Assembly: GCA_026986155.1 (NCBI GenBank)
Contig: JALSPC010000016.1
Span: 1 to 60,791 of the forward strand
DNA: 60,791 nt
Source: a bacterium
Lineage (GTDB): Bacteria > Desulfobacterota > S145-22
Reading direction: 5' to 3'
Part shown: positions 45,996 through 55,680 of the stretch, one piece after another
Layout: each line of letters starts with the position of its first letter
How positions within the stretch are numbered: position 1 is the stretch's first letter
Made by a program: the position numbers and the translations under genes
Notes under the pieces: generated by a model
The model's input: only the letters and a program-made list of their open reading frames with translations
Told to the model about the DNA's origin: nothing
Database searches by the model: none

Positions 45996-46589
45996 ATGAA
46001 ATATCCATCCTTTTTCGACGATATCGCGCCCATCCTGATCCGGGACGACCTAGCCCGGTTCGTCGGCGTCAACGACGACGGCGTCATAGAAATCACGTAC
46101 CTGGACATCGTGAAAATGGCGGGGCATAGCTGCGCCGTGGTCAGCGGGGCCTTTCTCTGCGCCCGCAAAGGGCTCCAGGCGCTCTACGGTGATGAAATTC
46201 CCCGGCGGGGGGAGATCCGGGTTGAGATTCGAAGGGCGCCCACGGCCGACAACGCGGGCGTGGTGGGATGCGTGCTCTCCAACATCACCGGCGCCACGAC
46301 CGACTACGGCTTTGGAGGGCTCGCGGGCGGCAAGTTCAACCGCCGGGACCTCCTGGTCTACGAAGCGCCTATCGAAACCGACATCCGGCTCACGCGGACC
46401 GACACCGGTAAACAGGTGGGCATCGACTACCGGCCGGGAAAGGTTGTCAACCCCGCCGAGCTCTTCCAAAACGCCTTTGGGCCGGACGCCACGCCGGAAG
46501 GGAAAGCGGCCTTCCCCAGGCTGTTCCAGAAAATGGTGAAAACCCTCTTCGACAACGCCGACACGGTCGTCGAGATCACCGGGGGCTGA
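45996..46589 (+). CDS. Hypothetical protein, possibly FmdE-domain-like
   Basis: 197 aa. GAGGGA SD. MAGHSCAVVSGAF resembles the GHxCPG region of FmdE-family proteins. The similarity is weak and judged by eye only. Confidence 0.5.
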   Translation: MKYPSFFDDIAPILIRDDLARFVGVNDDGVIEITYLDIVKMAGHSCAVVSGAFLCARKGLQALYGDEIPRRGEIRVEIRRAPTADNAGVVGCVLSNITGATTDYGFGGLAGGKFNRRDLLVYEAPIETDIRLTRTDTGKQVGIDYRPGKVVNPAELFQNAFGPDATPEGKAAFPRLFQKMVKTLFDNADTVVEITGG

Positions 46590-46609
46590 CACCTGTCTCG
46601 CGTTGCCCC

Positions 46610-46744
46610 ATGGCCATTCCCATCGACAAGATCGTCCGGTCGAGACGAAAAACCACCTCCCTCGAGGTGACGGAAGACGCCCTTCTCGTCGTCCGGGCCC
46701 CCTTCGGCCCGAGTGAAAGGGAGATCCGGGCGGCCGCCTTTTGA
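46610..46744 (+). pseudogene. N-terminal remnant of a DUF45/YgjP-type metal-dependent hydrolase gene
   Basis: 44-codon ORF: MAIPIDKIVRSRRKTTSLEVTEDALLVVRAPFGPSEREIRAAAF. This matches the usual DUF45 N-terminal pattern (RSxRRKT..i.v..dg.v.v.aP...s...i). The HExxH domain is absent and the ORF ends 14 nt before the xdhD-like stop. Confidence 0.45.
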
Positions 46745-46757
46745 ACCTGTGACCAAT

Positions 46758-49631
46758 CTATAACTTTCCAAGCTCTCTAAGCACGACCTCCGGCGTGATG
46801 GGCCAGTCGCGCAGCCAGATGCCGACGGCGTCATGGATGGCGCTGGCCACGGCGGGGGCAGCGCCGTTGACGCTGACCTCCGAGACCGACTTGGCGCCGA
46901 AGGGTCCGTAGGGGTCATCGGTGTAGATGAGAATGGCCCGCACGTCGTCCGGCAGGTCTCCCACCATGGGCACCCCGTAGGCCCGCAGGTCGGTGTTCAC
47001 CGGGCGCCCCTCGTCATCGTAAACGATTCCCTCGTACAGGGTGTGCCCGAGGGACTTCAGGATGGCGCCGTAGATCTGACCCTCGGCCAGCTCCGGGTTG
47101 ACGGGCATTCCCGCGTCCATGAGGGCGTAGTATTTTTGGACCCGGATGGCGCCGGTTCGGGTATTGACCGCCACCTGGGCGAAGTGGGCGCCGTAAGGAA
47201 AGGCGTACTTATCGGTGGTGAAGTGACCTTCCCCGATGAGCTGGCCGATGCCCGCGCCGGCCTGCGTGCGGCGGGCGATTTGTTCGTAGGTCAACGTCCC
47301 GGAGGGCCCCACCACCTTCCCCGGGTAGGCGATTTCGAGCGCCTCCACGGGGTCTCCGAGGAGAAGGGCGGCGGCTCGGAGGATCTTTTGCTTCATGTCC
47401 CGGGCGGCCAGCAGGGCGGCGCTGCCTGAGAAGAAGGTTCCGCTGGAGGCGAAGGCGCCGGAATCGAAGGGCGTGTTGTCCGTGTCCCCGGAGAGGATGC
47501 CCACGTTGGCCATGTCGGTGGCCAGGACCTCCGACACCATCTTGACGCAGACCGTGTCCAGCCCCGTTCCCAGGTCCGCCCCGCCGGTAAACAGCATGAA
47601 GGTCCCGTCTCCCAGCATCTTGAGGGTGGCGTTGGACTGGTCCAGGCCGGGCAGGCCCGACCCCTGTTGCACGATGGCAACCCCCTTGCCGATCTTCACG
47701 TCGGGGTCGTCGGCGGTCTCCCGTTTCCCCCACGCGATCATCCGAGCCCCTTGCTCGAGGGCGGGGCCGAGGCCGCAGCTCTCCACGGGCGCGGCGACGC
47801 CTTCCCGGCCCTCGCCGAGGCACTTCAGGATCTCCAGCATCACCCCTTCCCGGACCCGGTTCTTCTCGATGAACGCGAGGGGATCCATACCGAGGGCATC
47901 CGCCATCTCCGCGGCCGCCATCTGGAGGGCGAACGATCCCTTGGGGGCACCGTATCCCTGGTAGGCCCCCGTGGGGGAGATATTGGAATAGTAGACTGTG
48001 ACGTCGAATCGCACGTTGTCGCAAAGGAAGAGGGGCAGCGATTTGGAGCAGGCGTTCATGGGAACGGTCAGGGCGTGCGCCCCGTAAGGGCCCGTGTTGG
48101 CCTTCAGGTCCATGTAAACGGCGGTCAGCCTCCCGTCCCGCTTCGCCCCCAGCTTCACCCGGATCTTCATGGGTTTGCGGGTGCTGGCGGCGATGAATTC
48201 CTCTTTCCGCGTGTACTTGTAGAAGACGGGACGTCCCGTCTTGTAGGTGGCGTAGGCGCAGAGCTCCTCGAGGAGGATGTCCTGTTTCGAGCCGTAACCG
48301 CCCCCGACCCGCTCCTTGATGACCCGGATCCGGTTTTCCGGGATCCCGAGGACGGCGGCGGTGATGCGCCGCACGTGGAAGGGGACCTGGGTGGAGCAGT
48401 GCATGATCAACCGGTCTCCCTCCATTTTGGTGTAGACCACGTGCGTCTCCAGGGGGGTGCACTGGATGTGGGAGGCGGGGGCATAGGTTCGCTCGATGAC
48501 CACGTCGGCCTCCGCGAACCCCTTTTCTATGTCGCCGATGCCTCCCGTCACGCTGGCGGCGATGTTTCGGTGGGGATCCGCACCGATGAGGAACTGGTAG
48601 ATGATTTCTCCCTCCCTCGGGTCGAGGTCCCGGTTCATCTCCTCCAGCCCCTCCGGCGCGCCCGTGACGTAGGAGAGGCGCGAGTGGTGCACGATGGGGG
48701 CGTCCGGCGCCGCCGCTTCCTCGATGGTCAAAACGGGTTTCAGCACTTCGTAGTCCACCACGATCCGCGCGAGCGCCGCCTCTGCGGCCGCCTCGGTCTC
48801 CGCGACGACCGCGGCGACCCGGTCTCCCGCGTGCCTCACCTTCCGCCCCAGGAGACGCCGGTCGTAGGGCGACGGCTCGGGAAAACCCTGGCCCGCCTGG
48901 GTGTAGTAGACCTCCGGGGTGTTCTCGTAGGTGAAGATTTCCACCACGCCCGGAACACGCATGGCCTCTGTCGTGTCGATACGGTTGATATAGGCGTGGG
49001 CGTGGGGACTCCGCAGGACCCTCATCACGCAGGCGCCGGGCTCCACGCGGTCTTCCACGAAGACACGTTCTCCCCGGACCAGCCTCGCCCCGTCCACCTT
49101 CTTCTTGACCTTTCCCACGAAACGGAGGTCCTCCCGGAATTCCGGGGCGATCTTCGCGGCGTAGTCGGGGTCCTTCCGCCTCGCCGCGGCCAGTTCCACC
49201 GCCTGGAAAAACTGCTTGTATCCGCTGTCCCGGACGAAGAGAGAGGAAAGGGCGTCGGCGATCTCCTCCCGCGTTGGCTCGGGGGACCGGTTGAGCAGGT
49301 CGTCAATGAGGAGGGCCGCCGCCGGCATGTTGTAGCCCGATTGGACCACGCCCGCGTCTACCATGGCCGACTGGACGGGAGAGAGGACACCGTCCTTGGT
49401 CAGGGATTCCACGGTCCGGATCTCCCCGCCGTCGATCTGCGCCGCGATGAGTAGGGAGGCATAGGCAACCTTCCCGTTCAGGGAGATGACATCGGAACCC
49501 GCGAAGGCGTGCCCGTTGTCGCTGTCCCGGACCGAGGCGATGCCGAGGCGTTTCAGGAGGTTCTGGACGTTTTCACCGGGCTCCACGAGAACCTCCCGGG
49601 GCGTTCCGTTCAAAAGGAATTTTATCTTCAT
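46758..49631 (-). CDS. xdhD: XdhD/YgfN-like molybdopterin hydroxylase with a fused, cysteine-less 2Fe-2S-like N-domain
   Basis: 957 aa. The N-terminal 160 aa align to the Fer2/Fer2_2 fold (FLLNGTPREV...VVQSGYNMPAAALL...) but contain no Cys. The remainder is an aldehyde oxidase/XDH Mo-binding domain. Confidence 0.85.
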   Translation of the reverse strand: MKIKFLLNGTPREVLVEPGENVQNLLKRLGIASVRDSDNGHAFAGSDVISLNGKVAYASLLIAAQIDGGEIRTVESLTKDGVLSPVQSAMVDAGVVQSGYNMPAAALLIDDLLNRSPEPTREEIADALSSLFVRDSGYKQFFQAVELAAARRKDPDYAAKIAPEFREDLRFVGKVKKKVDGARLVRGERVFVEDRVEPGACVMRVLRSPHAHAYINRIDTTEAMRVPGVVEIFTYENTPEVYYTQAGQGFPEPSPYDRRLLGRKVRHAGDRVAAVVAETEAAAEAALARIVVDYEVLKPVLTIEEAAAPDAPIVHHSRLSYVTGAPEGLEEMNRDLDPREGEIIYQFLIGADPHRNIAASVTGGIGDIEKGFAEADVVIERTYAPASHIQCTPLETHVVYTKMEGDRLIMHCSTQVPFHVRRITAAVLGIPENRIRVIKERVGGGYGSKQDILLEELCAYATYKTGRPVFYKYTRKEEFIAASTRKPMKIRVKLGAKRDGRLTAVYMDLKANTGPYGAHALTVPMNACSKSLPLFLCDNVRFDVTVYYSNISPTGAYQGYGAPKGSFALQMAAAEMADALGMDPLAFIEKNRVREGVMLEILKCLGEGREGVAAPVESCGLGPALEQGARMIAWGKRETADDPDVKIGKGVAIVQQGSGLPGLDQSNATLKMLGDGTFMLFTGGADLGTGLDTVCVKMVSEVLATDMANVGILSGDTDNTPFDSGAFASSGTFFSGSAALLAARDMKQKILRAAALLLGDPVEALEIAYPGKVVGPSGTLTYEQIARRTQAGAGIGQLIGEGHFTTDKYAFPYGAHFAQVAVNTRTGAIRVQKYYALMDAGMPVNPELAEGQIYGAILKSLGHTLYEGIVYDDEGRPVNTDLRAYGVPMVGDLPDDVRAILIYTDDPYGPFGAKSVSEVSVNGAAPAVASAIHDAVGIWLRDWPITPEVVLRELGKL

Positions 49632-49634
49632 GGG

Positions 49635-50411
49635 TTACCCCCGTTGCTTTCTGCATGCCGTGACCGCGCGGGCCACCATGGTCGCCGTAATGTAACGCCG
49701 GTAGGCGGCGCTCTCTTTCAACCCCGCCGGGGGATCGATGGAGTCGAACACCGCGCGGAAAACCGTCGTCTCCGTCTCCAGGGCGCCGGAGACGACGCGC
49801 GCCTCCACCTCCCGCAGGCGCGTGACCTTTGGCGCCACGCAGCCCAGGGCGATGACGGCCTCGCCCTCTGCCACCCGGACACCGAGCGTCAGCGTGGGGA
49901 GGGCCGCGGAGGAACGGACCACCCGGTCCACCACGCAGGCGCCGCGGGTCTTTGGCAGACGCACCCGGGTGATGAGGGCGTCTTCCCCTCCCGTGATGTA
50001 GGCCTCCACGGAAAGGACGCCCCGCTCCACGGTCTCCACCTCCGCCCCGAGGGCGATGAGCGCGGGCAGGAGATAGGAATCCGTCCGGTTCGCCGCGATG
50101 TTTCCCCCCAGCGTCGCCATGTTCCGGACGCACCGGGCCGGGATCATGCTCGCCGCGCGCCTCAGGACCGCCGGGGCCTCCGGCGCGTCCACGAGATCCT
50201 GCAGGGTGATGCCGGCGCCGATCTCCCAACCGTTTTCCCGACGGGTCACGTCGTTGGGGAGAAGCCCCGCCAGGAGAACCGCCTTCGCTGGGTTCATGCC
50301 GGAGGGCGCCCAGTTGACCTGGGTTCCCCCGGCGAGATAGACGGCGCCTTCCCGCTCCTTGACGGCCACCGCTTCATCGGGTGAAGCGGGCCGGTAAACT
50401 TCCTCAATCAT
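49635..50411 (-). CDS. ygfM: FAD-binding subunit of a molybdenum hydroxylase (YgfM-like)
   Basis: 258 aa. YLAGGTQVNW and MATLGGNIA motifs of the CO-dehydrogenase flavoprotein fold. Its stop lies 3 nt before the xdhD-like start. Confidence 0.85.
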   Translation of the reverse strand: MIEEVYRPASPDEAVAVKEREGAVYLAGGTQVNWAPSGMNPAKAVLLAGLLPNDVTRRENGWEIGAGITLQDLVDAPEAPAVLRRAASMIPARCVRNMATLGGNIAANRTDSYLLPALIALGAEVETVERGVLSVEAYITGGEDALITRVRLPKTRGACVVDRVVRSSAALPTLTLGVRVAEGEAVIALGCVAPKVTRLREVEARVVSGALETETTVFRAVFDSIDPPAGLKESAAYRRYITATMVARAVTACRKQRG

Positions 50412-50555
50412 GGATGACTCCTTCTCAAGCCGAGGGTTTTCCCCCTTGGTCTTCAGCCGTTTTCACGTATTTTATCAACCTTAATCATTACCTGTCGTTT
50501 CCCAATGACAAAACCATTACGGATCACAGATCAGGCGTCACGGCCCTTAACACCC

Positions 50556-51917
50556 TTACCCCTCGATGATTCTCTTCGACACCGCGTTGCCCCTCCGGGC
50601 CAGGTCGTGCTCGTCGATGCCGACCAGCCGTCCCTCGTTCACCACCACCCGGCCGTTGACGAGGGTGTAGTCCGTGCCGTGGTCGTAGCCGGCGAAGAGG
50701 AGCGCCGCGAGGGGATCCGAGAGGGCGCCTGCATACTCAAGTCCCGCGACGTTGAAAACGGCGATGTCGGCCGCCCAGCCTTCCCGCAGCTCGCCCACCT
50801 TTTCGAAATTGAGGATGCGGGCGCCGTTGACGGTGGCCATCCGGTAGACGTCCATGGCTGTCACGGCGTCGCTGCCGTAGCGGACCCGCTGGAGCAAGAG
50901 GGCCTGTCGCATCTCCCCCAGCATGTCGGAGGTGTCGTTGGAGGCCGAGCCGTCCACCGCCAATCCCACGTTGATCCCCATGGGCAGCATCTCCGCCACG
51001 CGGCAGATCCCCGAGCCGAGCCGCATGTTGGACGACGGGCAGTGGGCGATGTGGGTCCCCGTTTCCTTCAGGCGTCGCAGCTCGCCGTCGTTGAAGAAGA
51101 TTCCGTGCGCGTAGAAGACATCGTCGCCGATGAATCCCGTGTCTTCCATCAGGTTGAGCGGGCGGCGCCCGTACATCTTGACGCAGAAGTCGTCCTCGTC
51201 CGAGGTCTCCGCCAGGTGGGTATGCAGCCGGACCCCGTGTTTCCGCGCGAGGGCCGCGGTCTGTTTCATCAAGGCCTCCGTGACGCTGAAGGGGCTGCAC
51301 GGCGCCAGGACGATCTTCCGCATGGAAAGCTCGGAGGGATCGTGGAAGCGCGCGATCACCCGCTCGCTGTCTTCCAGGATCTCCTCGTCGGTCTGCACCA
51401 CGCTGTCGGGGGGCAGACCGCCGTCCTTCTTGCTGAGGGACATGGAGCCCCGGGTGGGAGAGAAGCGCATCCCCAGTTTTTCCGCCGCCTCGAACTGGAG
51501 GGCCATGATGTCCCCCGTCACCCGGCGGGGATAGAGGTAGTGGTGGTCCGTGGAGGTGGTGCATCCCGTCTTCAACAGTTCCCCCATGGCGAGAAGGGAG
51601 CTCACGTAGACGGCCTCCTCGTCGATGTTTTTCCACACCTCGTAGAGATAGACCAGCCAGTCGAACAGCTTCGCGTTCTGCACGGCGGGGAGGTTCCGGG
51701 TCAGGGTCTGGTAGAAGTGATGGTGGGTGTTGACGAAGCCCGGCACCACCACGTGGGTGGAACAGTCGATGACCCGGTCGCCGTCGCCGGGGGTAAACGC
51801 AATGTCCGGGGCGATTCGCGCCACCCGGTTTTCCTTGATGAGAAGGTCCCAGCCCCGGCGGGGGGGTGCGTCCGTCGCGGTCATCAGGCAAAAACAGTCT
51901 TTGAGCAGGATGGCCAT
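50556..51917 (-). CDS. Amidohydrolase, 8-oxoguanine deaminase-like (TRZ/ATZ family)
   Basis: 453 aa. VVPGFVNTHHHFYQTLTRN, LFDWLVYLYEVW, TGCTTSTDHHY, HLAET. Confidence 0.85.
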   Translation of the reverse strand: MAILLKDCFCLMTATDAPPRRGWDLLIKENRVARIAPDIAFTPGDGDRVIDCSTHVVVPGFVNTHHHFYQTLTRNLPAVQNAKLFDWLVYLYEVWKNIDEEAVYVSSLLAMGELLKTGCTTSTDHHYLYPRRVTGDIMALQFEAAEKLGMRFSPTRGSMSLSKKDGGLPPDSVVQTDEEILEDSERVIARFHDPSELSMRKIVLAPCSPFSVTEALMKQTAALARKHGVRLHTHLAETSDEDDFCVKMYGRRPLNLMEDTGFIGDDVFYAHGIFFNDGELRRLKETGTHIAHCPSSNMRLGSGICRVAEMLPMGINVGLAVDGSASNDTSDMLGEMRQALLLQRVRYGSDAVTAMDVYRMATVNGARILNFEKVGELREGWAADIAVFNVAGLEYAGALSDPLAALLFAGYDHGTDYTLVNGRVVVNEGRLVGIDEHDLARRGNAVSKRIIEG

Positions 51918-51939
51918 TTTGTTATTCTCCTTGGTCAGT

Positions 51940-52134
51940 TTTCAGTCAGAAGGCCGGGGCTGACGCCCCTTTTTAGGCTGTAGGGCGGATGCTCTACAAC
52001 TTTGAAGACTGAAGATAAAAATAAAATTGGTCTGCCATACCCATACCAATAAACCTCCTTCTTCCCATTATCAACACCTAAGAGTAAGATACAAGATAGA
52101 AGTGTTTTGCTTCGGTCTTCAGCCTTCTACCTAA
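51940..52134. repeat. Palindromic intergenic repeat, copy 3 (composite, with a ~70-nt insert)
   Basis: Contains TTTCAGTCAGAAGGCC, the hairpin GGGGC-TGAC-GCCCC, TTTTTAGGCTGTAGG...GAAGACTGAAG, an insert, then GCTTCGGTCTTCAGCCTTCTACCTAA. It contains the TAG stop of the FAD-subunit gene. Confidence 0.5.
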
Positions 52135-52991
52135 ATTCCTTTCACCTTTTCCTTCAACCCCTCCAGAAAACTTTTGAGCAGGTTCAGGGCCACCGTCTTC
52201 CGGTAGGCCGCTGTGGACCGCTGGTCGTCAATGGGGACGATCAGGGCAGCGTAATCCTCGACGATGGACGGCGCCAGGGCCGTCACCTCCGCGAGCGTCT
52301 TTCCCGCCATCCGCTTTTCCGTCTCCGTGGACCGCACAACGGTCGGTCCCACCGCCCCGAAGCTGAGGGCCATGGCGTCCACGATCCCCTCCTTGACCTC
52401 TCCCACGGCGGCGAAGGAGAGCTTGGCCAGGGCGTTGGCCTTCCGGGTGCCCACCTTCCTGAAAACCTGGATGTTTGCCGCCCTCCGGGGAACCAGGACG
52501 GCGGTGACCAGTTCGTCCCTTCTCAGGACCGTGCGTCCCGGCCCGGTGATGAACGCGAGGATGGAAACCTCCCGGGTGCCGTCCACGCTGGTGAGTTCCA
52601 GCCGCGCGTCGAGGGCGTAGAGGGCGCAGATCCCGTCCCCGGCGGGAGAGGCGTTGCAGACGTTTCCCGCGAGGGTGGCCACGTTCCGGATGGCGGGGGC
52701 GGCGATGCCGCGCACCGCCTCGCGGAGAACCGCCGGGGTCTCCGGCCAGGCCGCGATGTCGGCAAGGGGGACCCCCGCCCCGATCCGCAGGGTTTCGCCC
52801 CGCCGTTCGAGGGTTTGCAGCTCCTTCAGGTGGGACAGGAAGAGGACGTCGCCGGGAAAGGCGGGCGGGAGCCCCGTCCAGTTCCGGTACTTGACCATCA
52901 GGTCCGTGCCCCCCGCGAGGGGCACGCAGGCCGTCTCTTTCCGAAGGCGGAGGGCCTCCGTCAGGTCCGCGGGTTTGAAGGCCCTTACCAT
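52131..52991 (-). CDS. Xanthine dehydrogenase-family FAD-binding subunit
   Basis: True start at MVRAFKPADLTEALRL. PLAGGTDLMV and ATLAGNVCNASPAGD motifs. The 117-aa Arg/Gly-rich extension in the track is rejected. Confidence 0.85.
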   Translation of the reverse strand: MVRAFKPADLTEALRLRKETACVPLAGGTDLMVKYRNWTGLPPAFPGDVLFLSHLKELQTLERRGETLRIGAGVPLADIAAWPETPAVLREAVRGIAAPAIRNVATLAGNVCNASPAGDGICALYALDARLELTSVDGTREVSILAFITGPGRTVLRRDELVTAVLVPRRAANIQVFRKVGTRKANALAKLSFAAVGEVKEGIVDAMALSFGAVGPTVVRSTETEKRMAGKTLAEVTALAPSIVEDYAALIVPIDDQRSTAAYRKTVALNLLKSFLEGLKEKVKGI

Positions 52992-53458
52992 GATCGCCTC
53001 CCCCGTTTCGCCGCCGCCCGGATGCCCGAGACGATCATGTCGTAGCCGGTGCACCGGCAGAGGTTGCCCGAGATGGCCTCCCGGATCTCCGTCTCCGTGG
53101 GACGGGGGTTTCCCCGGAGGAGAGAGGCCGCCGCCACGACCATGCCGGGCGTGCAGAACCCGCACTGCACCGCCCCCGCGTCCGCGAGGGCCTCGATGAT
53201 GTCTTGCCCCTCTTTCGTTCCGGCGATGCCCTCGATGGTCGTCACCTCGCGCCCCGCCACCACACCCACCGGGACCAGGCAGGTGTTCACCATGGCGCCG
53301 TCGAGCAGGGCCGCGCAGGCCCCGCACTCCCCCTCGCCGCACCCCTCCTTCGCCCCGGTCAGGCCGAAATCCTCCCGCAGCACGTCCAGGAGCCTCTTGA
53401 GGGGATCCCCCCGGTAGGTCACCGCTTTTCCGTTCAGCGTAAAATTAAATTCATTCAT
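52985..53458 (-). CDS. Xanthine dehydrogenase-family [2Fe-2S] small subunit
   Basis: 157 aa. CGEGECGACAALLDG, NTC, QCGFCTPGMVV, NLCRCTGY. Confidence 0.92.
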   Translation of the reverse strand: MNEFNFTLNGKAVTYRGDPLKRLLDVLREDFGLTGAKEGCGEGECGACAALLDGAMVNTCLVPVGVVAGREVTTIEGIAGTKEGQDIIEALADAGAVQCGFCTPGMVVAAASLLRGNPRPTETEIREAISGNLCRCTGYDMIVSGIRAAAKRGRRSW

Positions 53459-55610
53459 CTTGCAGGACCTCCATGATTTTTTCGGGTGTCACGGGGATCT
53501 CGTGAATCTTCCGGCCGATGAGGTGTCCCACCGCGTCCGCGTAGGCGGGCGCCGCCGCGTCGAACACCAGTTCCCCCGCCCCCTTGGCCCCGAACGGCCC
53601 GTAGGCGTAAGGGTTTTCCACGAACTCGCAGGCTACGGAGGGGAAATCCATGGCGGTTGGAATCGTGTAATCGGTGAGGGTATGCTGCCGGAAGCGGCCG
53701 TCGACCACCTCGCAGACCTCCATGGCGGCGTAGCCCAGGGCCTGGATGCCCCCGCCGGCCGCCTGGCCCGTCACGATTCGCGTGTCCATGGGCACGCCCA
53801 CGTCGTAAACCGTCCAGATGCCCGTCGTCTTCACCTCGTAGGTCACCGGGTCGAACGCCACCTCCACCACGTTCACCCCCCAGCCGTAGGAGGGATAGGC
53901 GTCCCCCTGGAGGGTGTCCTGGTCCCACGTGAGCCCCTCCGGGTGTCGGTATTGCTTCCGGACCCGGGTGCCGGGCCCTTCGCCCCAGCGGCGTTTTAGC
54001 TCCCGCGCGCATTGCTGGACGAGGTAGCCCACCACCATCGTGGAACGCGAAGCCACCGTGGGCCCCGAATCGGGAACCCGGTCGGTATCCGGGTTGTCGT
54101 AAACGATGTTATCCACCCCGCAATCCAGTTCCCGGGCGGCGATCTTGCGGAGCACCGTCTGGAGCCCCTGTCCCATCTCCACGGTGGAGACGTAGAGGGC
54201 GGCCCGGCCGTCGCTTAGACGTTCCATCTCCGCCACGGCCTTGATGATCTCCTGCTCTCCGTTGCCGGTGAACCCGCAGCCGTGGTTGACGAAGGCGATG
54301 CCGATCCCCTTGAGGGGGTCATCGTCGTAGGCCTTCACCTTCCGGCGGTATCCCGACATGGCGTCCACCTTTCGGAACATCTCGTTCAGGCGGATCTCGT
54401 CCTTCATGGCCGTGTTGGTGATGGTGGTGTCCCCGGTCTTGATGAAGTATTTTTGTTTGAACGAGCCGGGATCCATGCCCAGCTCCCGCGCCAGGTGGCT
54501 CATGTGAAGCTCGATGGCGAACAGCCCCTGGGGGGCGCCGAATCCCCTGAAGGCGTCCGACGGGAAGGTGTTCGTCGCCACCGCCCGTCCCCGGATGTGG
54601 ACGTTGGGGATGTTGTAGACTCCGATGCCGTGCAGGATGGCCCGCTGGAGGACGATGAGGCTGCTCGACGTGTATCCTCCCGCGTTGATGACGGTGTCGA
54701 TGTCCATCCCGATGATGGCGCCCGCCTCGTCGAGGGCGGTCCGGATGGTGACCCGGCTGGGGTGGCGCTTGCAGGTGAAACGGATGTCCTCCGCCCGCTC
54801 GAAGACGAGCCGGATGGGACGCCTGATCTTGTTCACGGCCACCGAGAGCACCGTGGCGATGACATCGGGAAAGTGTTCCTTCCCCCCGAAGGCCCCGCCG
54901 GTCGTCACCTGCCGGACGCGCACCGCCGGTTCGGGGATGCCGAGGGTATGTGCCACCGATTTGCGGATGTAAAAGGGACACTGGGCGGAGGCGTAGAGGG
55001 TGATCTTTCCGTCTTCCCAGGTGCCCACCATCCCCTGGGGCTCCAGGTAGAGGTGTTCCTGGAAGCCCGTTCGATAGGTGCCTTCCACGACCCGGGCGGC
55101 CCGGCGAAACGCCGCCTCCGGGTCCCCTTTGGTCAGGTGGTAGGTGCCGTAGAGGTTGTCGTCCCCCACGATAGGTCCGCCCTTGCAGGCAAGGCCCTCC
55201 TCGATGGTGAAGGCGGGCTCCAGCTCCTCGTAGGTGACCCGGATGCCGGAGAGGATCTCGAGAACCTTTTCCCGGTCGGGGCCGACCACCAGGCCGAGGG
55301 TCTCCCCCACGAAGCGCACCTCGTCTCGCGCGAAGACGGGCCAGTCGTCGGTTATCATCCGGATGCCGTTGCGGCCCCCCGCCGGGATGTCCCGGGCGTC
55401 CACGTAGGAGTAGCCTGCCGGGAGGTCCGGTACCTCGATGCCGAGGATCTTTGCCCGGGGCCGATCGGACCGGAGGAGGCGGGCGTGGAGAAGGCCCTCG
55501 AACGGATAGTCGGAGATATACCGCGCCTTCCCCGTCAGCTTCTCCATCGCGTCCACCCGGCGCACGGGGGCGCTGATGCCTGTTTCGTTTAATGTGTCTG
55601 ACTTATTCAT
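53451..55610 (-). CDS. Xanthine dehydrogenase-family molybdopterin-binding large subunit
   Basis: Start at MNKSDTLNETGISAPVRRVDAMEKLTGKARYISDY. The 34-aa extension in the track translates the repeat. Contains GGAFGGKE and C-terminal GAKGAGE motifs. Confidence 0.9.
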   Translation of the reverse strand: MNKSDTLNETGISAPVRRVDAMEKLTGKARYISDYPFEGLLHARLLRSDRPRAKILGIEVPDLPAGYSYVDARDIPAGGRNGIRMITDDWPVFARDEVRFVGETLGLVVGPDREKVLEILSGIRVTYEELEPAFTIEEGLACKGGPIVGDDNLYGTYHLTKGDPEAAFRRAARVVEGTYRTGFQEHLYLEPQGMVGTWEDGKITLYASAQCPFYIRKSVAHTLGIPEPAVRVRQVTTGGAFGGKEHFPDVIATVLSVAVNKIRRPIRLVFERAEDIRFTCKRHPSRVTIRTALDEAGAIIGMDIDTVINAGGYTSSSLIVLQRAILHGIGVYNIPNVHIRGRAVATNTFPSDAFRGFGAPQGLFAIELHMSHLARELGMDPGSFKQKYFIKTGDTTITNTAMKDEIRLNEMFRKVDAMSGYRRKVKAYDDDPLKGIGIAFVNHGCGFTGNGEQEIIKAVAEMERLSDGRAALYVSTVEMGQGLQTVLRKIAARELDCGVDNIVYDNPDTDRVPDSGPTVASRSTMVVGYLVQQCARELKRRWGEGPGTRVRKQYRHPEGLTWDQDTLQGDAYPSYGWGVNVVEVAFDPVTYEVKTTGIWTVYDVGVPMDTRIVTGQAAGGGIQALGYAAMEVCEVVDGRFRQHTLTDYTIPTAMDFPSVACEFVENPYAYGPFGAKGAGELVFDAAAPAYADAVGHLIGRKIHEIPVTPEKIMEVLQDE

Positions 55611-55680
55611 TTCGTCCCTTTGGTCTTTACCTCCAAAAGTTGCCCGGAAAACGGAACCCGTTCTCCTCGAAGTCCGTTTT

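Noticed and set aside
47667-49454. 595-aa plus-strand ORF, together with 47209..48462(-) in another frame
   Set aside because: These are antisense or off-frame shadows of the xdhD-like gene. Their Arg/Gly/Pro/His-rich composition fits no recognisable domain.
50505-51983. 492-aa plus-strand ORF. Analogous cases are 54282..55592, 58657..59802, 55783..56577, 52107..53045, 31185..32051, 32846..33865, 23337..24458, 20628..21359, 8942..9832 and 7020..7748
   Set aside because: All are antisense shadows of genes with clear family signatures. None has an SD or recognisable motifs.
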